NCBI GenBank assembly: GCA_038087875.1
Contig: CM075988.1
Span: 16,928,001-16,992,000, forward strand
Reading direction: 5' to 3'
Length of the DNA stretch: 64,000 nucleotides
Source of the DNA: Malacoraja senta
Lineage: Eukaryota
Shown in pieces: positions 50,808-63,716 of the stretch. The position numbers and the translations under genes were made by a program. Below the pieces are notes generated by a model. That model was not told where the DNA came from and made no database searches. It saw only the letters and a list, made by a program, of their open reading frames with translations. Numbering within the stretch: position 1 is the stretch's first letter; every line of letters starts with the position of its first letter.

Positions 50808-51564
50808 AGGGGCGCCGAGTTGATGGCTGCCCTGCCGGCAGTCTGTTCATTTTTTCATTCTTTTTGTTATTTTTTAGTGTTGTTAAAAGTTTGTTTTAAT
50901 GTTCTACGGTTTGTTTTATGTGAGGGAGGGGGGAGGGGATCGGGGGGAACTTTTTTTCAAGTTCTTACCTTGCCGGAGACGTGATTAATTTTCGGATCAC
51001 ATTCTCCGGGCGCTCTGCGGCCTTTCATCGATGGAGCTGGAGGCCTCCTCGGACTGACTTTGAGCCCCATCGCGGGGCGCGGACTTGTCATCGGAGCTGA
51101 TCCCTTGCCTGAGATCTCTCCCACTGCGACCACCGCGGACTTACCATCAAGGGCTCGCAGTCTCGGGAGAGGCTAGTCGGGAAGCTCCAACGTCCCGGAA
51201 GGTTCGACCAGCCCCGACGCGAGGTTCGATCGCCCGGCGCGGAGGAGCTGACATCCCCCCGATGCGGGAGCTGATCGCCTCGACACGGAGGGCCCGACGC
51301 ACCCGGCTACGGGAGCCAAGATCGTCCCGTCAAAGGGGGCTCGAAGCCCACGACCAAGGAAGAACTAAGGGAAGGACTTGAACCTTATTTCGCCTTCCAT
51401 CACAGTGAGGAATGTGTAGGCGTCACTGTGGTGGATGTTCATGTTAAAATGTGTTTTTGAGTGATCTGTTGTTTTTAATTGTATGACTGACCTGGCAAAT
51501 GAAATTCCTCATATGTTGCAAAACATACTTGGCGAATAAAGTGTGATTCTGATTCTGATTCTGA
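50808..51564 (+). mobile_element. Unclassified non-coding GC-rich retroelement-like repeat
   Basis: Same architecture as 18693-19401, ending AATAAA plus (GATTCT)n. Confidence 0.55.
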
Positions 51565-52444
51565 AGAGATCTGCCAGTAGTTGGGAGAGGAGATATAAAC
51601 ATGTTTCACCTGTGGAAAACCATTCTTTGTTCGGTTAGCTCCATGATAATTCTGGAGGTCCAGACCTTTACTGGGAATCTTCTCCATGGTCATACTGAGC
51701 ATGGTCCAAGAAGCCAGTGCTAATCTGGGCTGGAGTTGTCCACCAGAGGACTACAAGCAAACCTAAGATGACCCGCTGAGTTACTCCAGCATTTTGTGTC
51801 CATCTTGCCAAATGCTAATGTCAGGAGCTAACAGTGTTAAAGATGTGCGGTTCGAGCAGCTGGCAGAGACTGGACTGGGATGGTGGGTGGAAAGAGCATT
51901 GGAAACAAGGATTTTAAAATATGGGCATTTTGGGACAGGAAACTGTTTCTGACGAGGTAAAGATCAAATGATCTCATTAAATAGTAAAGCATGCCTGAGG
52001 GGCTGAGTGGCCTACCCTTGCTCCTAAACCATACCATGTTATGCACCACACCTGTTAAACCACAGGCATTCAAGGTTTAGATGACCACAGGTTCATGTTG
52101 GTTAGTAGGCAGAAGGCGGGCAGCAGAGACCGGGAATCCTGTCTTGTGAATGAAAGCTATCCAAGCTGGATTTGAATAAATCGATAGCAACTGCTAGCAA
52201 TGTGTCCCTTGTGAGCTTGTACCAGACTGACCATCTAAGAAAGTGCTGTTGCTTCATTAGAGCGTAAATCCTCCACATGGCCTGATTTCTGGAGTTTAAG
52301 CAAATTAATGGGATCATGGATTTAATCCTGACATTGCCCCTGGGCCATATAACCTGGTCCGCTCAACGTGGACTGGTATATTAAACCAGGGAGAGAAAGA
52401 GGGCTAAGCCTTATGTCCATTTGTGCATATGCGAGCTGCGGGTA

Positions 52445-52915
52445 TACACACACTCATCCGCATCAGTCACACACACTCTCCCACACTCACACACACTCTC
52501 ATTCACACACTCACTCACACACACTCTCCCACACTCTCACACACACTCTCTCACTCACATTCTCACTCACACTCTCTAACTCACATACTCTAACTCTCAT
52601 GCTCTCTCTCACTCTTACAATCTCTCGCACTCTCACTCACACACTCACACACTCTCACTCACACTCACACACTCACACTCACACACTCTCACTCACACAC
52701 TCTCACTCACACACTCACACACTCTCACTCACACACTCTCACTCACACACTCACACACTCTCACTCACACACTCTCACTCACACACTCTCACTCACACAC
52801 TCTCACTCACACTCTCACTCACATACTCTCACTCACACTCTCAATTTCTCACACACTCACTCCCTCGCTCACTCTCACACTTGCTCCCCTTCTTACTCAC
52901 TCACTCACTCACTCA
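52445..52915. repeat. (CA)/(CT) compound microsatellite with a higher-order periodic core
   Basis: Repeating CACACTCTCACT-type units. Explains the spurious His/Thr/Ser/Leu ORF. Confidence 0.95.
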
Positions 52916-54378
52916 GGTCCTTCGCAATGGGAGATCACAGTAATATTCTGGAATTATAATCCCTCCTTGTCCACCTGATGAGACTAGAAACTGAAAAGAT
53001 GCATAGTGAAGTCCAGCTGTGCTGCTCCACAGTTTGGCAGCCTGTTTACATCTCAAGTACAGATTCCCACAAATAAATACCCACCCACATAGGTGCCAGC
53101 AGACGTGTTTGCCAGGCTTTATGTTACGTATTTACAGCTGAAGACCAGCATTAATTGTCCATCTCCAAACATCCCTAGTGAATAACCTTCTTGAACTGCT
53201 GCCATCCACTGAAGAGGTTGAAATAGTCTCCACTCTTTCCACAAAGATGTAGGTGAAGCCACCAGGTGCAGTGTTACATTGTTCTGTTTGTGCAGAGTAC
53301 TTTATTCTCATTGATATCCAACTTCTCCACAATGAAGCAGATTCCTTTTAAATGTAAAAATCGTACATTCGCCAACCTTGCCATCTGGCCGAACGTCTTC
53401 AAAGGCATTGGAGAAACATGCCCTTGAGCACGGTAGAGTGTTCCCACGACCTGTCTTGGACCGGTACTTTGTGACCAAGCAGAAGGAATTCCAGCTGCCC
53501 GTGGACACCCACGTACAGCCCATGTCCTTATCTCAGGCCATCAACACTGACAGAACTGTGCAGATGGGCTCATGTCAGGAACAACGCCAGGTTTGTTCAC
53601 TGTGATAGTAACTTCCCTTTTGAAAAGTTACATTAATACAAAATAATCAGTTCCCCAACAAAATTGTGATGCAACACAAGCTCAGGATGAGAGAGTTACT
53701 TTGTCTTGAGAACGGTGGGTTTCAGGCACCTTAATTCCACTGACGAATAAGACAACACAACCTTGCTTAATATATATTCCAAAGGAGCCTCAGATGAAAA
53801 TGAACAAGCAACATCTAACATGGAGCCAAAGAGGAGATGGAGGGGGCAAGCGGCTAAAGTTTGGACAAAGAGGTGGGTTTTAGATTTTGCAGAGGGAGGG
53901 AGGAGAGGTGAAGGGGGTTTAAGATGATTCAGGCTCCATTTAACTAAATGCACATCCCGCCAAGAGAGGCATGAAGGAGGTGGGGAATTTACAAAAGGGG
54001 GTAGTTGAAGGGGCTGCAGAAAGTCAGGGGGGTATGTACTTGGAGGAGGGTAAACCCACAGGGAGCACTAAGGTAAAGACTATAAAACAAGGATTTAAAT
54101 GATAAAATTCATGATCTAGTTGGACTAGAAGCAACAGTAGGTCAGAGCACAGGGGTGAAGGACAGATGGTATTTGGTGTTTCAGCATTTAGCACCCAACA
54201 ACAGTTGTATTTTCGCTTCCAACAGCCAATCTCTGGAAGTTTTAAGCTGCTGAAAAGAGACCACGTTCACCAAATGAGGCGTAAATGATGAAACTAGATA
54301 AATGCCGGCTTTATTTATACCAAAATGAATCATGATGCAATGAATCAAATACCATAAAACGAATTACATCTGAACTAC

Positions 54379-54476
54379 GAAGGTAGACAAGAAATGCTGG
54401 AGAAACTCAGCGGGTGAGGCAGCATCTATGGACAGAAGGAATAGGTGATGTTTCGGGCCGAGATCCTTCTTCAAGG
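54379..54476 (-). mobile_element. Penelope pLTR derivative
   Basis: PLE terminal motif with 14-bp TSD TACATCTGAACTAC (54365-54378, 54477-54490). Confidence 0.8.
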
Positions 54477-55169
54477 TACATCTGAACTACAGTGACTTAT
54501 GTGGACAATCAGAGGAACTTATTCCCTACAAAGATAATATATAACTCCAGAATGAACAATGATTGAATTTGTTTCAGCTGATGATGGTCAGAGAGGAATG
54601 TTGGCCGATTGTCTCCTGTAATCTCCATGGAACCACAGCCACTGGTCTACACAAATGAAGCAGGAGGACAGCAATCTGTTTAGGTAGGCAACATAGTTCC
54701 ATCATTAAAATCTGGAAGTCTGGATCAATAGCCAAAGAACAGAATTTAAACCCTTATACCTTGCGGTCATTACTTCCGAAGAGTCCACCAGGGACTATAC
54801 TGGAAGTTGGACAATTTTATATGGGACAATTTAAAAAAAAACATTTTATTAAGCTAATTTATCAAGCCAATTAACCTACAAACCTGCATGTCTTTGGAGT
54901 GTGGGAAGAAACCGAAGATCTCGGAGAAAACCCACGCAGATCACGGGGAGAATGTACAAACTACGGACAGCACCAATAGTCGGGATCGAACCCGGGTCTC
55001 CGGCACTGCATTTTACTGGAAGGCAGCAACTCTACCGCTGTGCCACTGAAACCCAGCCTTGAGAGTTTCAATTCAGTTTTAAAACAGATTTGGAAATAAT
55101 GTCAGTATTAATGATCATTTAGCTGCTAGATTATAGTTCAACTCAATGCCCTCAAATAATCTTCAGTAG

Positions 55170-57640
55170 TCACCAAGGAAAAGGACTTGGATGATGGGAG
55201 ATCAGGCAGGAGTAATTGATATTCCAGGGCATATCAATATTAAGGAGGAGATGTTGACGTCTTGATAAATGTTAAGGTGGATAAGTCCGTAGGTCTGGAT
55301 GGAATCCATCACAAAATACTGAGGGACGTCAAGAAGAAAATTGTTGGAGCCTTGACAAACATCCTTGTCAGCTCTTTAGCACAGAAGACTTGAAAATGGC
55401 CATTGTTGGTCCTTTGTTTAAAAAGGACAACCAGGATAATCCAGAAAATTACATCCCCGGTGAACTTTTCAATGGTAGAGAAATTATTGGAGAGGATTCT
55501 TAGGGCCAGGATTTACTCACGTGGAAAAGCATTGGCTTATTAGGGAGAGTTCATGAGTCATTGGAGCAGAATTAGGCCATTCAGCCCATCTACTCATGGT
55601 AGATCAATTTTTCCCTCTCAACCCCATTCTCCCGCCTTCTCCCGTAACCTTTGACTAATCAAAAACCTGTCAATCACCACTTTAAAATTGCCCCATGACT
55701 TGGCCACAGCCTTCTGTGGCAATGAATTCCACAGATTCACCACCCTCTGACTAAATGTCCTTTTAGTTCAATATGGCATTGGAACATCACTTCCTCAGAA
55801 ATAGTTTCCTGTCCCAAAATGCCAATATTTTTAAATCCTTGTTTCCAATTACATTTGCTCAAAATGCGGTCTGACCAGTGCCTTATAAAGCCTCCACATT
55901 GCATCCCTGCTTTAACATTCTAGTCCTTTCGAAATGAATGCTAAAATTGCATTCACCTTCCTTAGTACAAATTCAACTTGCAACTTAAACTTTTGAGAAT
56001 CCTGCACCAGCACTCCCAAGTCCCTTTGCACCTTGGATTTCTGAATCCTTTCCCCATTTAGAAAATAGCTTACGCCTTTATTCCTACTACCAAAGTTTAG
56101 AAGGATGAGAGGGTATCTCATTGAAACATATAAGATTGTTAAGGGTTTGGACACGCTAGAGGCAGGAAACATGTTCCTGATGTTGGGGGTGTCCAGAACC
56201 AGGGACCACAGTTTAAGAATAAGGAGTAAACCATTTAGAACGGAGACGAAGAAACACTTTTTCCTCACAGAGAGTGGTGAGTCTGTGGAATTCTCTGCCT
56301 CAGAGGGGGGTGGAAGCAGGTTCTCTGGATGCTTTCAAGAGAGAGCTAGATAGGGCTCTTAAAAATAGTGCAGTCAGGTGATATGGGGAGAAGGCAGAAA
56401 CGGGGTACTGATTGTGGATGATCAGCCATGATCACATTGAATGGTGGTGCTGGCTCGAAGGGCCGAATGGCCTACTCCTGCACCTATTGTCTATTGTCTA
56501 TTGTCAAAATGCATGACCGTACACTTTGCTATGCTGTGTCAGCGTGACTTTGTGTGGGGTAGTTCCAGTTTTAAAAAAGTGATGAGGATGATTGATGAGG
56601 GTAGGGCAGTGGATGTTGTCTACATGGACTTCAGTAAAGCATTTGCTGAGGTCCCTCATGGTAGGCCGGTTCACAAGATGTCACATGGGATTCATGGCAA
56701 GTTGGCAAATTGGATCCAAATTTAAATTAGTCAGAGAAGAGAAAGGATAGTTGAATGGTATTTTGTTCCCTTGGGAGGTCTGTGATCAATGTTGTTCAGC
56801 AAGGATCTGTGCAGGGACCTCTGTTATTTGTAATATATTAAATGATACGGATGGAAATGTAAGTTGTCTGATCAGTACGCCTGCCTGCAAATGTCACAAA
56901 AATTTATGGAGTCGTAGATAATGATTGTCAAAGGATGCAGCAGGGTATCAATCAGTTGGACATTTGAGCAGAGCCATGGTAGACAGTGCTTAATCTGTAC
57001 AAGTCTGAAGGAAAGCATTTTGGGAGGTCAAATGCGAGAAGAAAGCATCCAGTAAATGGCGCGATTAAACCTTTGATGTACATTGATGTGCAGAGGAATC
57101 AGGCTGCAAGTCCATAGCGCCCCTGAAAAAGTAGTAACATTAACGGAGAGGGTAGTGATGGCGGTGTATTGCATGCTTGCCTTTATCAGACAGGGCAATG
57201 AGCATCAAAGTTGGCAGGTCATGTGGCAGCTGTAAAAGAACATTTTAGGGCAGATTCGGAATATTGTGTACAGTTCCAGTTGCCACACGATACTGTGGAG
57301 GCTGGGAGAAGATGCAGAAGAAATTCACCAGGACGTTGCCTCGACTGGAGTACATTAGCTGGAAGGAAAGGTTGGACTAACTTAGATTGTTTTCTCTGGA
57401 GCCCCAGAGCCTTAGGTGCAAGAAATATATACAATTATGAAAAACATAGTTAGGGTAGATGGACAAGGTCTCTCCACCACCACCCCCCCTCCCCCCTCCC
57501 CCTCTCTCTCAAGTGTGGAAATGTTAAATACCAGAGGCCAAAGGTCTAAGGTGAGAGGGGGGGGGGGGGAGTTTAAAGGAGGTGTGCAATGCCCAATGAA
57601 TGGTAGGTGCCAGGGGAGTTGGTAGGGCCTGTTCCTGGGC
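55170..57640. mobile_element. Cluster of degraded CR1 fragments in both orientations
   Basis: RT remnants (e.g. DEGRAVDVVYMDFSKAF, EYCVQF) with many frameshifts and nested younger CR1 pieces. Confidence 0.75.
56095..56505 (+). mobile_element. CR1 LINE 3' fragment nested in an older CR1
   Basis: Nearly identical to 61945-62343, with a (CTATTGT)n tail. Confidence 0.85.
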
Positions 57641-58489
57641 TCCATGTCCTATGTGCTATTATTCTTTAGGAAATAAAATGTGTCATCTTTAGTTAGGCGG
57701 TCATGAGCGTGAACTCAGTCCCACAGCATCATTGCTCAGCGATCCTGGCAGGTCAACGGGAGACCATTTGGCCCATTCCACCTGTACCAGCTCTCTGACA
57801 GAACAGTTATGCTCAGCCCTTTATCCTTGCTTTTTACACATGCACTCAACTGTTCAAATTCCTCATCCTCTTTCCCAAGGACCTCTCCTTCTTGCTTTTA
57901 ACATTTTTCATGGTACTAGTTGACTAGTGCAGCTGGGACATGTTGGTTGGTGTGAGCGGGTTAGGCCTGTTTCCACGCTGTAACTAGGACTAGTTTCTAA
58001 TTATTTTTCCAGGAAAAGTGCAATCCCAATAATTCAAACGAGACATCCCAGTCTCTCTCTAAATCTTCTGCTTGGTATTTTTGTAAAACATGATTAACAT
58101 CTTGTTAATGCTGGACGCGCAAGAGACGAGGTTTTGATGCTTTATTGGAACTTTGTCCTGGAACCCTCCGACAAATCACCTTTTAACCTTCCTGTTCCCA
58201 AGGAGAATTGTCCTGACTTGATCAAGAATCTCTCTTAATCCACTGCATAATACAAGCACACATTCTGTACCCTATCTCAGCCTTTTCCCATTGCCTAGAA
58301 TTATTCACAATACTCTAGCCATTATTTGTAATGTTGACGAAGATAAGTCCTTGCTTCTATATTCATCATCTCTATTTACAGTCCCCCAGTAACTCATGTG
58401 CTTTTGTTGACGACCTTCTGTGGTAAATACGATGGCATGCTGTTATATTACTAGTTAATTTAGTTTAGAGAAACAGGCCCTTCGGCACA

Positions 58490-59001
58490 CAGGACAACGA
58501 CCCTAAACATACAGTCAGAGCTACAATGGAATGGTTTAGATCAAAGCATATTCATGTGTTAGAATGGCCCAGTCAAAGTCCAGACCTAAATCCAATTGAG
58601 AATCTCTGGCAAGACTTGAAAATTGCTGACCGACGCTCTCCATCCAATCTGACTGGGCTTGAGCTATTTTGCAAAGAAGAATGGGCAAAAATTTCAGTCT
58701 CTAGATGTGCAAAGCTGGTAGAGACATACCCCAAAAGACTTGCAGCTGTAATTGCAGCGAAAGGTGGTTCTACAAAGTATTGACTCAGGGGGGCTGAATA
58801 CTTTTGCACGCGACACTTTTCAGTTTTTTATTTGTAAAAAAATTTGAAAACCATGTATCATTTTCCTTCCACTTCACAATTATGCACCACTTTGTGTTGG
58901 TCTATCACATAAAATCCCAATAAAATACATTTACGTTTGTGGTTGTAACGTGACAAAATGTGGAAAAGTTCAAGGGGTATGAATACTTTTGCAAGCCACT
59001 G
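58490..59001 (+). mobile_element. Tc1 (DD34E) transposon 3' fragment: transposase C-terminus plus long right TIR
   Basis: QDNDPKH...[15 protein letters not shown]...AKGGSTKY* (58490-58783), with exactly 34 residues between D and E. The ~215-bp end carries two direct repeats GAATACTTTTGCA and finishes CACTG followed by TA. Confidence 0.92.
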
Positions 59002-59026
59002 TATATATGCATATATGCACACGTAT

Positions 59027-59059
<33 letters not shown>

Positions 59060-59744
59060 CACATATACTTATAAAATTATTCAACTTTAATCAAACACAG
59101 CAGAGAAAAGCTCTCCAGCAAACCAGACTTGTTTCTTTAAAAATGAAAGGGTGGGCATTGTGAATTTAAGAGAAATTTCCATCCGCAAAAGGTCCAGATG
59201 GTATCCAGTGATTCCTAGTCATGGCTACATCTATAATTACTCGTTAAAATAATCATATAAAAATGGTCACATTCTGAATGTCAATCACATCCGTACACTT
59301 GCCTTCAAAGTCCTATTTAACCAAATTTGGATTGATGGGGGAAAAGGAGAACTTCATTTAAAGCGGTACTGAAGCATAAATTTACATTTCTGCTTTAAGC
59401 TTGAGGGAATAATGTTCTTTAATTAGTGCCACTAGAACTACTGTGTCCATCAAACAGCCAAATATAGATGCTAAACAGAAACAGAATGTCCCAAATAAAA
59501 TGGTGAGGAATTTCAACAAAACCATTGAACTTGTTCCACTTCAACAGTGAGAAAGACAAAGGACCAGGAGCCTGCAAAGAGGTGACCAGCGCAGAATCAG
59601 TGTCCTAGACAGCAGCCTCCAGCTACGAGCCATGGCTGCACTAGCTCTACCAGCCCAAAACCAGGAGTGTGGGAGCCTCCAGGTCTGAACCTGCAAGAGT
59701 GAGGGGGTTCCTAACTGAATAATGGGGAGGGGGAAACTCATCAA

Positions 59745-60470
59745 ATAATGAAAGGTCTGGATAGAGTGGATGTGGAGAGGATGTTTCCACTAGAAGGAAA
59801 GTCCAGGACCAGAGGGCACAGCCTCAGAATAAAAGGACGTACCGTTAGAAATGAGATGAGGCGGAATTTCTTTAGTCAGGCGGTGGTGAATCTGTGGAAT
59901 TCATTGCAATCATTGGGTATCTTTTTTTATTTTTTAATTTTTATTTTATTAGAAGTAAGTACAATTGTATACAATCATATTTTCATAATACCTTTTATGT
60001 ACAGCTTCTTATTTTTTAAATTTTTTGAAATAAAGAAGAAAAAGAAAAAAGTTAGATAATGAAAAATAGAAAAATGTGAGATATATAGTGTGTGAAAAAG
60101 AAAAATAAAGAATGAAAAAAGAAAGTTGAGACATAGAAAATAGAAGAAAGAGAATAAAAGAAAAGAAGAGAAGAAAAGAAAATAGGAGATCATTTATAAT
60201 CTTGACCATCCGCAGTCACGGATTAGCTTTTACACCTGTTTTGCACCATACGTTTCCAAAAAGACGACAAATGGAGACCAACTCGTTATGAATTGGTCAA
60301 ATTTATCTATTAGGAGGAATTGGGTATCTTTAAAGCAATGATTGAGGGACTCTTGATTAGTGAGGGTGTTCAAGGTTATAAGAGAAGCCAGGAGGAATGC
60401 CGTTGAGAGGGAAAGATAGATAAGTCATGATTGAATGGCAGTAGACTCAATAGGCTGAATGGCTTAATGA
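59745..60470 (+). mobile_element. CR1 3' fragment interrupted by an AT-rich antisense insertion (~59924-60320, probably an L1/Tx1 3' end)
   Basis: KGLDRVDVERMFPL...RTRGHSL. TTGGGTATCTTT is repeated on both sides of the insert, which begins with a T-rich tract. Confidence 0.7.
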
Positions 60471-61219
60471 CATGAACCAGGGGCTGTGCGGGAGGCTTCA
60501 GACCAAACCAGCAGCCAGTGGTGAGAGACGCAAGGTATAATCTTTGGCGCAGATTGACACAAAATGCCGGAGTAACTCAGCAGGTCAGGCAACATCTCTG
60601 GAGAAAAGGAATAGGTGATGTTTCAGGTCAAGACCCTTCTTCAGACTTAATCTTTGGCCTGTTCCATTTGGGCAGAATCGGGTGTACTAAAATTATCTTT
60701 GATGTTTCTGAGTTTTGTTGAAGTTGGGACAGTACCCGAAACGTCGCCGATTCCTTCTCTCCATAGATGCTGCCTCACCCGCTGGGTTACTCCAGCATTT
60801 TGTGTCTACCTTCTATTTAACCGGCATCTGCAGTTCTTTCTTAACCTAAAGCAAGAGTTCAACTGGACACTTAAAAATGCGCTCACAGCATCTAGTGAAG
60901 TGAAGCTTTAACATGAAGTCCATCAGGAACAGCTGACGGAGATTGGTTTCTGCAGCTGATGAATGCTCAATTAAACGAGCCCAAAAATATATTTACGTCT
61001 GATTTGTTATCGCAGCAACATCAGAGGCCATCTGGGATCAGAAATATACACCATCCCCCACACCAACTGCTGTAACTCAGCATCATCATCCACTACAGCG
61101 CATCCGAACACCAGGATTGTCCAGGGAAGCTTCCAAGAATTAGTATTCATCTCTGGCATCAGGTGCCGCTCAGAGATTGCCCAGAATCGGGGTTTTCAGA
61201 CTCAAATTACATTCCAACA

Positions 61220-61495
61220 TTTAGTTTAGTTTAGAGATACAGTGCGGAAACAGGTCCTTCGGCACACAAGCACTGTCCTACACGCACTAGGGACAATTTA
61301 CAATTTTACCAGGCCTATTAGCCTACAACCTGTACGTCGTTGGAGTTTGGGAGGAAACTGGAACACACGGAGAAAACGTACGCAGGTCCCGAGGGGAAGG
61401 TACAAACCCCGTACAGACAGCACCCGTAGTCAGGATCGAACCCGGGTCTGTGGTGCTGGAAAGCAGCAACTCTGCTTCTATGCCACCATGTGCCC
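61220..61495 (-). mobile_element. V-SINE (HE1-like)
   Basis: Same family on the minus strand. Confidence 0.8.
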
Positions 61496-61564
61496 ATGAC
61501 TTAATGTCATCCAGGCTGACACTCCACTACCAATGGGAACGTTCGCTACCCCTCTGGTGATGTT

Positions 61565-62343
61565 GTTAGCAAAAACAGGAAGGCAGATTATTATCTAAAT
61601 GGTGTCAAGTTGGGAAAAGGGTAAGTACAACAGGATCTGGGGGGTCCTTGTTTATCAGTCAATGAAAGTAAGCATGCAGGTACAGCAAGCAGTGAAGAAA
61701 GCGAATGGCATGTTGGCCTTCATAACAAGAGGAGTTGAGTATAGGAGCAAAGAGGTCCTTCTGCAGTTGTACAGAGCCCTAGTGAGACCACACATGGAGT
61801 ATTGTGTGCAGTTTTGGTCCCGTAATTTGAGGAAGGGCATTCTTGCTATTGAGGGAGTGCAGCGTAGGTTCACAAGGTTAATTCCCGGGATGGCGGGACT
61901 GTCATATGCTGAGAGAATGGAGCAGCTGGGCTTGTACACTCTGGAGTTTAGAAGGATGAGAGGGATTCTTATTGAAACATATAAGATTGTTAAGGGCTTG
62001 GACCCGCTAGAGGCAGGAAACATGTTCCTGATGTTGGGGGAATCCAGAACCAGGGGCACAGTTTAAGAATAAGGAGTAAGCCATTTAGAACGGAGACGAG
62101 GAAACACTTTTTCACACAGAGAGTTGTGAGTCTGTGGAATTCTCTGCCTCAGAGGGTGGTGGAGGCCAGTTCTCTGGATACTTTCAAGAGAGAGCTAGAT
62201 AGGGCTCTTAAAGATAGCGGAGTCAGGGGATATGGGGAGAAGGCAGGAACTGATTGTGGATGATCAGCCATGATCACATTGAATGGTGGTACTGGCTCGA
62301 TGGGCTGAATGGCCTACTCCTGCACCTATTGTCTATTGTCTAC
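61565..62343 (+). mobile_element. CR1 LINE 3' fragment
   Basis: AVKKANGMLAFI...LYRALVRPHMEYCVQFW with a (CTATTGT)n tail. Confidence 0.9.
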
Positions 62344-63639
62344 TGTTACCTTTCACATGTGACATTAAACCCCCCCCCCCCTCAGTCTTATTAGTACAGG
62401 TGTCAGAGGTTATGGGGAGAAGGCAGGAGAATAGGGTTAGGAGGGAGAGATAATTAGCCATGACTGAATGGCAGAATAGACTTGATGGGCCGAATGGCCT
62501 AATTCTCATCCTATCACCTGATCTTATGATCTCATCTGCCCTCTGAGGGGACATTGAGAACCCCATTTGATGAAGACCAAGGATATTCATCGGCTGATAT
62601 CACTGACATACCCTGTCCATTTATGGGAAGCTAACTATACGAGTTGAATATTCAGCTTCCTAAAATATACTTTAAAAGTGGTGATCAATTCCTTTAGAAT
62701 ATTTAGAGCTTGCAAGGCTTTATGGGAAGGTACGCCACAAAGTGGTGGAGTAACTCAGGCAGCATCTCTGGAAGATATGCAAAAGGAACATTTTGGGTCG
62801 GAATCCTTCTTCGGACTGAAGAAGTCAGAAGAAAGTGCCTGACCTGCTGAGTTACTCCAGTGTTTTGTGTCTACCTTCGGTGTAAACCAGCATCTGCAGT
62901 TCCTTCCTACACGGAAAACTGAAGGTATTTTGTTTCTCATTCTTTCAATATTTTTGATTATTACTTCTTACAACAACAAAAAAGAAAGGGCTTAAAGCCA
63001 TTGAATTGCAATGGAAGGGAAAATGGAATCGAACAAGAAATCATCAGAGCTACCAGTCAAACCTCCAAACATCGCTGCAAAGGCACCAAAGGTGGGAGAA
63101 AAGAAGGCATTTTCCCAACCTCAATAATTACCCCGGACATAGAACAAGACTTCCGATACCCCAACTCCAAATCCCAAAACTACCCGAGATGACCTCCCCT
63201 CTTCCCTTCCTAGACCACCGCTACTGCTTTTTGCATGAGAGTGCCTCTCAAGACCAACACAATTACCCAAAATAGCATCAACAACTTGGCCTCATCGTAG
63301 TCATTGGCTTTGATTCAATAACTCGGTGCACGAGACACGACAGTGTGAATAAATGAAGGGGAAATGTGGTAATGCACTCAAATGCCTGTCGGCCCATTTC
63401 TCAATGGAGTAGACTCATGGCCAAAGGCCCTGTTTCCATGCTGCATCTTTCAAGCAACACCACCAGATAATTGCTTAAAACCCATGTTTTTAGGTTTGTG
63501 GCCAGGTTTCAGTATGTTACTATGTTGTTCGGTGAAGGGAATCTGTTATTTACCTAGTCTGATCCCAGTGACTCATAGCACCCCCTCAAATGTGTTATCA
63601 AGCCATTTGGCTTAGAGATACAAAGGTTTGTACGATTTA

Positions 63640-63716
63640 TGTAGATATGGAAGTAGTGGGCTGAAGGGCCTGTTTCAGTGTAGATATGGAAATAGTGGGC
63701 TGAAGGGCCTGTTTCA
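63640..63716. repeat. 39-bp-period tandem duplication of a CR1/SINE tail
   Basis: TGTAGATATGGAA(G/A)TAGTGGGCTGAAGGGCCTGTTTCA occurs twice. Confidence 0.85.

Noticed and set aside
52368..52943. 191-aa His/Thr/Ser/Leu-rich ORF
   Set aside because: It is a translation of a compound microsatellite. The same applies to the ORFs over 2262-2647, 3319-3636, 35052-35563 and 45228-45573.
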